64,000 nucleotides of DNA from NCBI RefSeq assembly GCF_963921235.1, contig NC_086108.1:88600001-88664000 (forward strand), given 5' to 3'. The notes beneath the pieces are model-generated. The model did not search any database. It saw only the letters and a list, made by a program, of their open reading frames with translations, and was not told the origin of the DNA. Both the position numbers and the translations under genes were made by a program. Below are positions 1 through 11,639 of this stretch, one piece after another. Within the stretch, counting starts at the first letter, position 1. The number at the start of each line of letters is the position of its first letter. Source of the DNA: Mobula hypostoma (lineage: Eukaryota).

Positions 1-320
1 TGGTCAATGTCTCCCATCCACTATATAATGTACTGGGTGGGCACAGGAGTACATTCAGCCAGAGACTCATTCCACCGAGATGCAGCACAGAGCATCACAG
101 GAAGTCATTCCTGCCTGTGGCCATCAAACTTTACAACTCCTCCCTTGGAAGGTCAGACACCCTGAGCCAATAGGTTGGTCCTGGACTTATTTCATAATTT
201 ACTGGCATAATTTACATATTACTATTTAACCATTTATGGTTCTATTACTATTTATTATTTATGGAGCAACTGTAACGAAAACCAATTTCCCCCGGGATCA
301 ATAAAGTATGCCTATGACTA
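1..320 (+). mobile_element. Rex1/Babar-like LINE 3' end
   Basis: ORF-end pattern GCCATCAAACTTTACAAC, AT-rich UTR, GGGATCAATAAAGTA tail. Confidence 0.6.
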
Positions 321-344
321 AACTTCCTTTGCTCTCAAGGTTCT

Positions 345-760
345 AAGTTCAAAAGTAAATTTTACCATCAGAGTACACATATGTCACCACATACAACCCT
401 GAGATTCATTTTCCTGTGGGCATACTCAGCAAATCTACAGAATAGTACCATAACAGGATCATTGAGTAGAGTGCAGAAACCAACAAACTCTGAAAATGCA
501 AATATAAATAAACAGCAATAAATAGCGAGAACATGAAATAACAAGATAGAAAGTACTTAAAGTGAGATCATTGGTTGCGGGAATATCTCAATAGATGGGC
601 AAGTGTGTGTAGTTATCCCCTTTAGTTCAGGAGCCCAATGGTTGAGGAGTAGTAACTATAGGTCAAATCTGGTGGTGTGAGTCCTGAGGTTCTAGTACTT
701 CTACTAATATCAGCAGTGAGAAAAGAGCATGGCCTGGCTTGTGAGGATCTCTGATGATGG
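345..760 (-). mobile_element. Rex1-like 3' end
   Basis: Reverse complement resembles the 3' UTR at 47880-47995. Confidence 0.6.
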
Positions 761-864
761 TCAAACAGGGTTAACTAAATATCCCCTCTGGACTTTCCAC
801 TAGACTATAACAATGCACTAAAGTGCACCAAGGGAGAATATATCAGAAAGAAAACATTGCTAAG

Positions 865-1078
865 ACACACAAAATGCTGGAGGAACTCAGCAGGCCAGGC
901 AGCATCTATGGAGAAGATTTCAGGCTGACCTTTTGTCAGATTTGCCGATGAAGGGCATTGACCTGAAACATCGACTGTTTATTCTTTTCAAAAGATGCTG
1001 CCTAGCCTGTTGCATTCCTCCAGCATTTTGTGTGTGCTGCTTGGAGTTCCAGCATCTTCTGATTTTCTTGTGTTTGTG
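865..1078. mobile_element. Inverted pair of the Penelope-like repeat
   Basis: ACACACAAAATGCTGGAGGAA...TTCCTCCAGCATTTTGTGTGT arms with two degenerate hammerhead cores between them. Confidence 0.7.
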
Positions 1079-1254
1079 ATTAGTTAAGACAAATCATTTC
1101 ACAAACACGATTTAATGGCAAGATTTATAACGTTCTAATAAAAAATATTGTCACTTTATTTTTCATGATTTTTTACAAGTTACTGCAATTAACAAATATT
1201 AAATGTTAATTTTCAACAAGTTTGCTTATTAGCAACATAGTTACATCACTTTGG

Positions 1255-1391
1255 GAGCTGTTCATTGACTACAGCTCAGCATTTAATACCATCATTCCCA
1301 CAATCCCGATTGAGAAGTTGCAGAACCTGGGCCTCTGTACCTCGTTCTGTAATTAGATCCTTGACTTCCTAACCGGAAGACCACAGTCTGT
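1255..1391 (+). mobile_element. Rex1/Babar RT fragment
   Basis: [28 protein letters not shown], similar to 49620-49750. Confidence 0.8.
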
Positions 1392-1394
1392 ACA

Positions 1395-2140
1395 ATAGCC
1401 CAGTTGCAGCATAAGTAGAGTTCTACAAAGCTGCAGCCCAACTATCCAATTTTAACTCAACTCTTTGATAATCAAAGGCAAACATGTCACTCTATCAATC
1501 TGTGTAGCTATGAACTTGGACCCCAAGACTCCCTGCTCATCAGCATTGTTAAGGGCTTTGTAGTGCACTGTCTCTTTACACTTGATTTCCCAATGCCTCA
1601 CATTTGGCTGGGTTAAACTCCATCTGCCAGTTCTCTGCCCATATCTGCAACTGACCTATCTCTCATTGTATCTTTTGCCAATCTTCAACGCTATCCACAA
1701 TACCACCAATCTTTGTATCATCTGCAAACTTAACACACATCTATGATTTCAGCCAGGTCACCAACAGCAGAGGTCCCAGTACAGATCCTCTGTAGAACAA
1801 CACTAATCACAGACCTACAGCCGGAATAAATCCCATCTACAACTATCTTCTGTTTTCCATGGGAAAGACAATTCTGAATCTAAATGGCCAATTCACCATG
1901 GCTGTCATGCATCTTAATTTTCTGGATTAGCCTTCCATAAGGGACCTTGTCTAGCTCCTTATTAAGATTCACATTGACAGCATCCACAGCCCTATGTTTA
2001 TCAATAAACCTCATCACCTCCTCAGGAAATTCAATTAAGTTAGTAAGATATGACTTGTCCTGCACAAAACCATGCTGTGCAAGACGCAACTTGCCCTGCA
2101 CAAAACCATGCTGAGCAAGACACAACTTGCCCTGCACAAA
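1395..2140 (-). mobile_element. CR1 LINE RT fragment
   Basis: QHGF..SYLTNLIEF..DKVPYGRL; FADDTK-like motif. Confidence 0.8.
2053..2140. repeat. 36-bp tandem repeat, ~2.4 copies
   Basis: ACTTGYCCTGCACAAAACCATGCTGWGCAAGACRCA units start at 2053, 2089 and 2125. Confidence 0.9.
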
Positions 2141-2399
2141 GTTTGCTAAGTAGAAATAGCAAGAATCACTCACTCATTATACTAGGGCCTTTCTGCACTG
2201 GAATGTTGTTAGTAGAGCTCAAAAACAGCATGCCTTCCTCTAAAAGAAATAGGGAACCTTGGTGCAGGACAAACAAATGACAAAGAACTGTATGCTACCT
2301 CTGGTGAAATTAACATGCCTTTTATTGATCTTTTCCTTTCCCACTTTCCCAAGGCTACTCACACATACCACCAAAAAAAAGAGAGGATTCATTCTTGTT

Positions 2400-3138
2400 T
2401 AAATAGAAACATAGAAAACCTACCGCACAATACAGGCTGTAAATCTCCTCTGCACCCTTTCTATGGCTTCCACATCCTTCCTATAGTGAGGCAACAACTG
2501 AGCACAGTACTCCAAGTGGGGTCTGACCAGGGTCCTATATAGCTGCAACATTACCTCTTGGCTCCTAAACTCAATCCCACAATTGACGAAGGCCAATGCA
2601 CCATATGTTTTCTTAACCACAGAGTCAACCTGTGCAGCAGCTTTGAGTGTCCTATGGACTCGGACCCCAAGATCTCTCTGATCCTCCACACTGCCAAGAG
2701 TCTTACCATTAATACTATATTCTGCCATCATATTTGACCCACCAAAATAAACCACCTCACACTTGTCTGGGTTGAACTCCACCTACCACTTCTCAGCCCA
2801 GTTTGCATCCTATTGATGTCCTGCTGTAACCTCTGACAGCCCTCCACACTATTCACAACACCCCCAACCTTTGTGTCATCAGCAAACTTACTAACCCATC
2901 CCTCCACTTCCTCATCCAGGTCACTCATAAAAATCACGAAGAGTAGGGGTCCCAGAACAGATCCTTCAGGCACACAACTGGTCACTGACCTCCATGCAGA
3001 ATATGACCCGTCTACAACCACTCTTTGCCTTCTGTGGGCAAGCCAGTTCTGGATCCACAAAGCAATGTCCTCTTGGATCCCATGCCTCCTTACTTTCTCA
3101 ATAAGCCTTGCATGGGGTACCTTGTCAAATGCCTTGCT
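2400..3138 (-). mobile_element. CR1 LINE 3' RT fragment
   Basis: SKAFDKVPH, GSVLGPLLF, KFADDTK, LVRPHLEYC. Confidence 0.9.
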
Positions 3139-4519
3139 TACGTTACATTCACTCAATACATGGAGTGACACCGACCGACACCAACAAGGAAGTACTGTAA
3201 GTTGCTCAGGGGCATACCTAAAATTGCATTGCCCAACCTTCTCTTCCACTTAGACAGATACTAGGGACTGAGGTTGAGTTGTTTCCTCTCCACTTCTTTT
3301 ACAGCCGACTGATGACTGTGTTGGTCATTGAGTAATATATTTCACGCATGCTTTGATGTAATCCGGGAAATAAAGCTAACTTTTTTTCCTTCGTCATTCA
3401 AGAAATTAACGTTAAGGTTCAGTAAGAGTGACATTCAGGTTTGCCACTGTAGGGCTTATTCATGATTTTCCAGATCTCAGTCTCTATTCTGAGCAATGGC
3501 AAATTTCCACAAATGATATCTTTTTCTCTGGAGTGTTTACTGCATACCAAACAGCACAACGTCATGACAAGGCAGGTTCTAAGTCAAAAAAGGCAGGTTC
3601 TTAGTCAACGATAAGGAGGGGGTAAGATGATTGGAGACATATGTAGCTCTACTGCTCGTACTTATCACATCTTTCAATGCACAAACAGGACGGACAGGCA
3701 CAAGCTGTCTGCGCACACAGACATGCACAAGTTCCACACTTCTTATTCATGCCTACCCCCAACTTTTCATCTCCTTTTTCCTCATCTTCCCTTCCCTCAA
3801 TTCTATCACAATACCCACCTCACCGAGAGTCATTCTTTATGATCCAAGATACTTATATTACCACATCTGTACTTCGTGCCTCATATTCAAACTTTCACAA
3901 GATCTTTAGCAAAACCCACATGGACAACCATCATAAACAGAATGATTTTTCACATTATTGCTATTTTTTCAATTTTACAATACCGATTCCCTGGAATATC
4001 TTTGACTCATAGGAACATTCCAGCTGGTGTATTTTTGTACATTTGGCTGGAAGAATTCTCATTACCACTGTCAACCTCTAAACTAAGATCAGAAGATTGT
4101 TTGATTTGGCTGATGCATGGGGCGTAATGCAAATGCTAAAGGAATAAACTGTGAACAAGATCACTCAAGATAATTAAATACACTTCTCCAGCTCGAGTGG
4201 ATCTTCACAGTTTTATAAAAAAAAAAATTTTAAACCTTAGATGCAGACAAGAAGAAGTACATTTTGCAATAAATAGCTTGAAAGACTTTGAACTTCGAAG
4301 ATAGGTATGTGCATGCGTCAGCGGACAAGGGTGGGAAGCATCAGACATCATTCCTAAATAACTGCTGCCTCAAGCAAATTTGAATAAGTGAGTAAGCTTG
4401 TGCTTCTGATAATACTTACAGTAAAAGACCATTACTTTTAGTTTTTTTGTTTGCAGGTTATTCTTTAGACAGAAGCATCAGATTATGTATCATTCCTTTC
4501 CACTATAATCATGCATATG

Positions 4520-4926
4520 ACCTGTACTCACTAGAATCAGAAGAATGAGGGTGACCTCATTGAAACTTATCATATGGTGAATGGCCTTGATAGAGTGGAT
4601 GTTTTCTGTGGAGGGAGAGTCTAAGACCAGAGGACACAGCCTCAGAATAGAGGGGTGTCCTTTTAGAACAGAGATGAGGAGGAATTTCTTTAGCCAGAGA
4701 GTGGTGAATCTGTAGAATTCTAGGCCACAGTAAGCCGTGGAGGCCAAGTCTTTATGTAATTTAAGGCAGAGGTCGATAGATTCTTGATTGGTCAGGACAT
4801 GAAGGGATACGGGGAGAAGGAAGGAGATTGGGGCTGAGGGGGAAGATAGATCAGCCATGATTAAATGGCAGAACAGACTTGATGGGCCAAATGGCTTAAT
4901 ACTCTTCCTGTATCTTATAGTCTTAT
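4520..4926 (+). mobile_element. CR1 LINE 3' end
   Basis: RRMRGDLIE..TRGHSLRI..FFSQRVVNL followed by a TCTTAT-repeat tail. Confidence 0.85.
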
Positions 4927-5193
4927 ATGAAAACTAAAATGAACTTCTTTTAATTTGATTTGATTCAATTTGGCTCTGTGTTTGGCTGAAGGCCCTGTTC
5001 CTCTAGTGTACTGTTCCAGGTTCTAATTCTACCAGATCTAAATCCTAACATGGAAGATGTAGATAAAGTAATAAAGGAAATATCTTGGATAATTTTGCAT
5101 CAATAAAATCATAAAGACTTGTCACTTTTAAAAAAGTCAGTTACACCATAGCTATACAAAGCTGGAAATAACTAGAAGAAAGTAAACAATTAC

Positions 5194-5419
5194 CACAGAG
5201 CCTGGAGCAAGAGCTGGGGAACGGTCAGTGGGATATAGCCGACTGACAGGACATTTGAGAATTTCCAATCCATTCTCAACCATTTTGCAGTAATCCTGAA
5301 TGCACTGAAGCCACCACCAGACAGCATCCCTGCAATTATATCGTGCATATATTCCATGTCCGAGCAGATTTGGAATTAGACCATGTCGTAGAGTACCAGC
5401 AAATGCAAGGATGATATTC
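5194..5419 (-). CDS. AGL: AGL exon, last in window (approx. human exon 26)
   Basis: AG..GT, 226 nt; [44 protein letters not shown]...PGSV. Confidence 0.98.
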
Positions 5420-6643
5420 CTATAATCAAATGAAATAATTTGAGAACTGAAACAACTGACAGATTTAAAAAAAATAAAGATGTGGTTAATTTTTATTTGT
5501 ATCAAAACACAACCCAAGTCAGTAAACCAAAAGGACTGACTTGATTTGAGTACTTGATAATTTGGATTCATGTTCAGCAAATATCTTTGATCAAATTTTG
5601 AACTTGCACCAGATGATTTTAACATAAACCAGGCAATAGATAAATTATAAGGTGAAAACAAAATATTGCAGATACTTTACATTGGAGAAGGCAAGCTTTA
5701 TCATTCACAACAAAGTAGTGCCCTTACACAAAGAATGTGTTTAGAGAAAAACAGATCGATATTTAGAGACTGTCTTTAATGAACAGGTAACACAGAATGC
5801 AAATCCAAAGAATGTTCTTATTATGAAAATCTCAAACCCAACAAAGAGAATCAAGAGGTCAATCAAATAGTATGGCTTGCAATTCCTTCATGAATATACC
5901 CCAGTAGAAAATTGGGAATGGACAATAAGAGAGTTCTCACCACTTCCGATGTAATCTGGGCAATGTGCTTTTCTGTTAATAATTTTAGCTTTAAACTTGA
6001 TTTCCCAACAGTATTAACAGTATAGTATATCAAATCCACTAAATTTTAGTCACTCTGAAATAATTTACTTTTTGTAAGATACTAATGTGCTTAATTTCAG
6101 AATTATGCTTGCATTCATTAATTTATTTTTCTATTTGAATGCTAAGTGATAACATTGTAAAAAAATGTTTTCCATCTACAATCTTTATTGACCATTTTAA
6201 ATTGCGCCAGACTTCAAATGTTCTCTGGAAAAACACTACCCAGATTACAGACGGTTTCCGGCACTTTGTTTTCCTTTTAACCCAAGTTATCTCTGAGTTC
6301 AAACAGGCCAAAATGACATAATTGTATACTTCTATTGCATGCAGGTTTAATATCTGACTCACAGCATCAGGAGATTGATTATCGTCGCAATCACAGTGTG
6401 GTTAAGAATTTTTATAAGAAATGTTTGCTGACTCAATGTCTACAGTACAGAGAATGAGAGAATATGCAGAACAAAACTTAGAAGGGAAAGAAAGACCAAC
6501 ATGATCAGAAGACCCATTTCTGGCGACATAAAAAGGAGGAATGAGTTGAGAGATGCTTCTTTACCAATGACACAGGAAAACATGAAAAATAACCTCTTCA
6601 GTATTGCCATCACCTAGGATTCCGGGACATCATTTCTTCTTAC

Positions 6644-6746
6644 CTAGCTTCTATGGTACGTCCTGTGACTAGTAGTAGTCCTCTGAGAGAAATGAAAGTA
6701 TCTCTACCCCAACAGCGGAATAAGCCAGAACCAAAATGCGGCAGCC
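6644..6746 (-). CDS. AGL: AGL exon (glucosidase domain WGRD motif)
   Basis: AG..GT, 103 nt; [35 protein letters not shown]. Confidence 0.97.
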
Positions 6747-7004
6747 CTTAATAGCAAACAAGAAAACCCTTATTAGAGGAGATGGAATTGAACACTGAAA
6801 TGGCACAATAGCTTTTTGGCTTAGCAATGTAAATGAACTTTATTCTACAATATTGGGAAAGTGTTCCTTGGTAAGTGATAAATCCTGCACCTTATACAAG
6901 TTAATGCAATGAAGACTTCTATTAAAACCAAAGGTGCATTATAGAGTCAAAAGATACTCTGGTCAATGTCAGTTTGCAAAATTTTGAATAATCTTGGTAT
7001 GGAG

Positions 7005-7082
7005 CAGGGGTTCCCTACCAGGGTTCATGGATGCCTTGCTTATTGGTATTGGTTCATGGTATAAGGAAGGTTGGAACTCCTG
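7005..7082. mobile_element. Small hAT-type MITE
   Basis: TIRs CAGGGGTTCC and GGAACTCCTG; flanks GTATGGAG/TTATAGAC resemble a decayed 8-bp TSD. Confidence 0.55.
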
Positions 7083-7315
7083 TTATAGACAGTGGAAGAC
7101 CAAATATATGTAATGGTTCAAGATGTATAGCAATATCTTACATTTAACTTATGAATCATGACCTTTCTTTCAAAAGAAAAGGTTTTGAAGAAAATAGGAA
7201 ATTTTTTCAGCTTTATTGACCTCCCCCCCCCCCACCCAACCCCCAGAACTGCAACTTTGGGTATGTTTTTGTGAAACGTGTTTAGAACCAAAACATTTAA
7301 TTTTTGCTAACTTAC

Positions 7316-7491
7316 CGGCTGCTAAGGAAACACAGCACTGTTCCTTCTCACCAGTTATATAATTCGATCTATAGGGAACATTTTTCAGGGAAGATGACAG
7401 TTGTGGAAGTACAGGAAATCGGCCGATTCCACACATCTGCAGTGAAGCCATAGCAAGTTGCTTCACAAATGTTGAGCCATGCTGCACAAAG
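7316..7491 (-). CDS. AGL: AGL exon
   Basis: AG..GT, 176 nt; [21 protein letters not shown]...[11 protein letters not shown]. Confidence 0.97.
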
Positions 7492-7702
7492 CTAAGAGAA
7501 AATTACAAAAGTAGAAATCAGAGAACTAACAATTACAATTTCTTTACTAATAATCATTCATTTACCCATTTTGCTTTAAATGTCCCAGGTTTACGCATTG
7601 AATTATTGTAAAAGATAGACATATTTGAGGATTAACCAACTAAATTTTGAATGGTAATCCAATGGAAATAATTATATCTCACTAGTCATGGAAAAATATT
7701 GA

Positions 7703-8866
7703 AGACCATAAAAAATTGGAGCACAATTAGGCCATTTGGTCCATCTAGTCTGCTCTGCCACTCCATCATGGCTGACTTATTGTCCCTTTCAACCCATTCT
7801 CCTGTCTTCACACCTATAATCTTTGACACCCTTCCTAATTAAGAACCTCTCAACCTCTGCTTCAAATATACCCAATGACTTTGTCACTGTGGCAATGATT
7901 CATTATCCTCTGACTAAAGAGATTTCTCATCTCTGTTCTAAATGGACCCGCTCTATCCTGAGGCTGTGCCCTTTGGCCCTAAAGACCCCCCACTATAGAA
8001 AATATTCTCTCCACATCCACTCTATCTAGGTTTAATATTCAATAGGTTTCAATGAGATCCCCCTTCATGCAGGAGGAGAGGGAGCAGCGCGCCGTACATG
8101 CGCAGCCCTCCGGTGAAAAATGATATCGTATCCGTTAAATAGGGGCCGTGGACAATTCTGATTTGATGGAGACAGACGTGAAAGCACAGAGGAACACCTG
8201 GAGAAATTTCTGAAACGCCAGTTCGCTGCTGTTGTTACTGCGCAGTCGGGAATCTTTCAGAGGGAAGGCCTCAAAATCCCCGGCTTTGTCTGCTGTTGGC
8301 GACCGAGATTGAGGTCGAATCGTTCGGATAGAGATGGCGCTCGGTACTCGGTGTCAGAGAGCTGATCGGAGGCTCAAAGTTTTCAGATGACTCAGAGTCG
8401 GACTGTGGTCGGGCATGGCAGGGAGAATTTTTCTTCCTTCTCCCGTCTGCGTGAGATGTGGGACATTTGAGAGACTTTGAACTTTTTACTGTACTCATGG
8501 ACTTCTTCATCAAGTCATGGTATGTTGCACTGTTGTAACTATATGTTATAATTATGTGGTTTTGTTAGTTTTTTTTCAGTATTGGTCTGTCCTGTGTTTT
8601 GTGATATCACACCGGAGGAAATATTGTATCATTTCTTAATGCATGCATTACTAAATGACAATAAAAGAGGACTGCGTGTCTTCATAATCTAAATGAGTAC
8701 AGGCTCAGAGCCATCAAATGCTCAAGTTAAACCTTTCATTCTTGGAATAATTCTTGTGAATCTCCTCTAGATGTTCTCTAAAGCCAGCACAACCCTTTTA
8801 AGATAATGGGGCTAAAACTGGTCGAAAACTACAAATGCAGTCTGACCAATGCCTTATAAAGCCTCA
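7703..8866 (-). mobile_element. CR1 3' end interrupted by a ~620-bp insertion
   Basis: CR1 sequence at 7703-8068 resumes at ~8691. Confidence 0.75.
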
Positions 8867-9214
8867 ACTTTTTAAAGCATTTATAAAGGATTTTTATTCT
8901 TTTGATTTGCACTTTTGGTCCATTTCTAAACAGTGTTACAAGGTTATCTCTAACTTAGTGCACCTGCAAACACCTGATAGGCAGAATTTCACATACCCCA
9001 CCATATTTATTTATTCATTTTTGGGATCTGGGTTTTATTAGTAAAGCCTATGTTTATTATCCATCCCCACTGCTCTTCTCAAACCGAGCTGTCTTCTCAC
9101 TGGTAAAGGTAAGCCCATAATGCTGTTGGGGAAGTAGTTCTAAGATTTAGACCCAGTGATAAAGAGAGGATAGTAATTCAGCTCTAAATCATGTTCAGAG
9201 GCAATGAGGAGTCT

Positions 9215-9590
9215 TATAGAGTCATAGAAAAATACAGCACAGAAAAAGGCTCTTCAGCCCTTCTAGTCCATGCCAAACTATTTAAACTGCTTACTCCCAA
9301 TGACCTACACCAGGACCATAGCCACTATCATCCAGGCCCCTATCCAAGCTTCTCTTAAACGTTGAAATTGAGCTTGCATGCTCCACCTGTGCTAGCAGCT
9401 CATTCCACACTCTCACGATACGCTTATGTTCCCCTTAAACTTCTCACCTTTCACCCTTAACCCATGACCTCTGGCTGTAGTCCCACCCAACCTCAGTGGA
9501 AAAAGTTTGCTTGTTCTTACCCTATCTATATCTCTCATAAAGTTGTATACCTCTATCAAATCTCCCCTCAATCTTCTATATTCCAAGGAG
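9215..9590 (-). mobile_element. CR1 3' end
   Basis: TCATAGAG-like tail; TRGH-type 3' ORF remnant. Confidence 0.7.
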
Positions 9591-9599
9591 TGTACATAG

Positions 9600-11638
9600 T
9601 CAGAGTGGTGATCCTAAGGTTTAATCTCTTTGAGGCTTCACTCAGGGAAAGAAAAGCTCAAGTTTATTTTTTTTTCTTCTCTTCTTTACATCTGCTCAAC
9701 TAGGTAGAGATGACAGTGAGGATAGTGTAATGCTCCTCTTGTGGGATGTGGGAAAGGCAGGGAGACCTCCAGTACCGTTGACGACTACAACTGCGAGAAA
9801 TGCATCCAGCTGCAGCTTCTAACAAACAGCATTAAGGAGTTGGAGCTGGAACTGGATGAACTCCAGATAATTGGGGAGGCTGAAAGACTGATAGATATGA
9901 TATATAGAGAGGTAGTTACACTCAAGGTGCAGGACACAGGAAACTGGGTGATAGTAAGCGGAAAGGGGTTAAGGAGCCACTGCAGAGTGTACCTGTAGCT
10001 ATTCCCCTCAACAACAGGTATAACACTTCAGATACTGTTGGTGGGAATGACCTAACAGAAAAAGTCACAATGGTAGTCTCTGGCACTGAGTCTGCCTCTG
10101 TGACTCAGACAGGAAGGAGGAAGAAGATACACGCTGTGGTGATAGGGGATTCATTAGTTAGGGGAATGGACAAGAGGTTCTGTAGGTGAGAACGAGATTC
10201 CCAGATGGCAAGTTGCCTTCTGAGTGCCAGATGTTCAAGAAGGGAAAGAGGCAGAAGAAAGGAAACCATAGGCTAGTAAGTCTGACGTCAGTGGTTGGGA
10301 AGACGTTGGAGTTGATTATTAAGGATGGGGTCTCAGGGTACTTGGAGACACATGATAAAATAGGCCGTAGTCAGCATGGTTTCCTTAGGGGAAAATCTTG
10401 CCTGGCAAATCAGTTGTAATTCTTTGAAGACATAACAAGTAGGATAGACAAAGAGAATCAGTTGATCTTGTGTACCTGGATTTTCAGAAGGCCTTTGACA
10501 AGGTGTCATGCATGAGGCTGCTTAACAAGCTACGAGCCCATGGTATCACAGGAAAGATTGTAGCATAAATAAAGCAGTGGCTGATAGTCAGGGGGCAAAG
10601 AGTGGGATTAAAGGGAGCCTTTTCTGACTGGCTGCTGGTGACTAGTGCTGTTACACAGGGGTCTGAGTTGGGACCAATTCTTTTTGTGTGATATGTCAAT
10701 GATTTGGATGATAAAGTTGTTGACTTTGTTGCAAAGTTTGCAGATGAAATGAAGATAGGTGGAGGGGCAGGTAGTTTTGAGGAAGTAGAGAGGCTACAGA
10801 AAGACTTAGACAGATTAGGAGACAAGACAAAGAAATGGCAGATGGAATACAGTGTCGGGAAGTGTATAGTCATGTATTTTGAAATGAAATGAAAGGGTTG
10901 ACTATTTTCGAAATGGAGAGAAAATACAAAAAACTGAAACGCAAAGGGACTTGGGAGTCCTTATGCAGGATTCCCTAAATGTTAATTTGATTCTGTGGTG
11001 AGGAAGGCAAATGCAATGTTAGCATTCATTTCAAGAGGACTAGAATATAAAAGCAAGGATGTAATGTTGAACCTTTATAAAGCCCTGGTGAGGCCTCACT
11101 TGGAGGTCTGGGTCCCTTATCTTAGAAGGGATGTGCTGAAACTGGAGAGGGTTCAAAGAAGGTTCATGAAAATGATTCAAAGATTGAATGGCTTGTCATA
11201 TGAAGAGTGTTTGATGGCTCTGGGCCTGTATTTACTGGAATTCAGAAGAATGAGAGGAGACCTCATTGAAACCTATCGAATGGTGAAAGGCCTTGATGGA
11301 GTGGATGTGAAGAGGGTGTTTCCTATGGAGGGATTGTCTATGACCAGAGGCTACAGCCTCAGAATAGAGGGTCGTCCTTTTAGAATGGAGATGAGGAGGA
11401 ATTTCTTTAGCCAGAGGGTGGTGAATCTGTGGAGTTCTTTGCAGCTGTGGAGGCCAAGTCTTTATGTATATTTAAGGCAAAGGTTGATAAATTCTTGATC
11501 AGTCAGGGCATGAATGGATACGGGGAGAAGACAGTAGATTGGGGCTGAAAGGAAAATTGGATTAGCCATGATGAAATGCCAGAGCAGACCTGATGGGCCG
11601 AAAGGCCTAATTCTATTCCTATATCTTATGGTCTTATG
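9600..11638 (+). mobile_element. CR1 LINE with ORF1 joined directly to RT
   Basis: ORF1 CSSCGMWE..CEKC and VVIGDSLVRG (SGNH esterase); from ~10231 FKKG..SLTSVVGK..KFAD..; tail TCTTATGG. Confidence 0.85.
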
Positions 11639-11639
11639 A

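Noticed and set aside
2053..2140. 36-bp repeats as a CRISPR array
   Set aside because: No spacers; the units are tandem CR1 sequence in a eukaryotic intron.
3631..3909. ORF with a signal-peptide-like N-terminus
   Set aside because: Starts at TTG, shows no recognisable domain, and is low-complexity pyrimidine-rich sequence.
1..5193. Next AGL exon (DQPL..RERNAG) and, at 61440-64000, the preceding exon
   Set aside because: Not found by eye; most simply they lie outside the window, so no exon loss is claimed.
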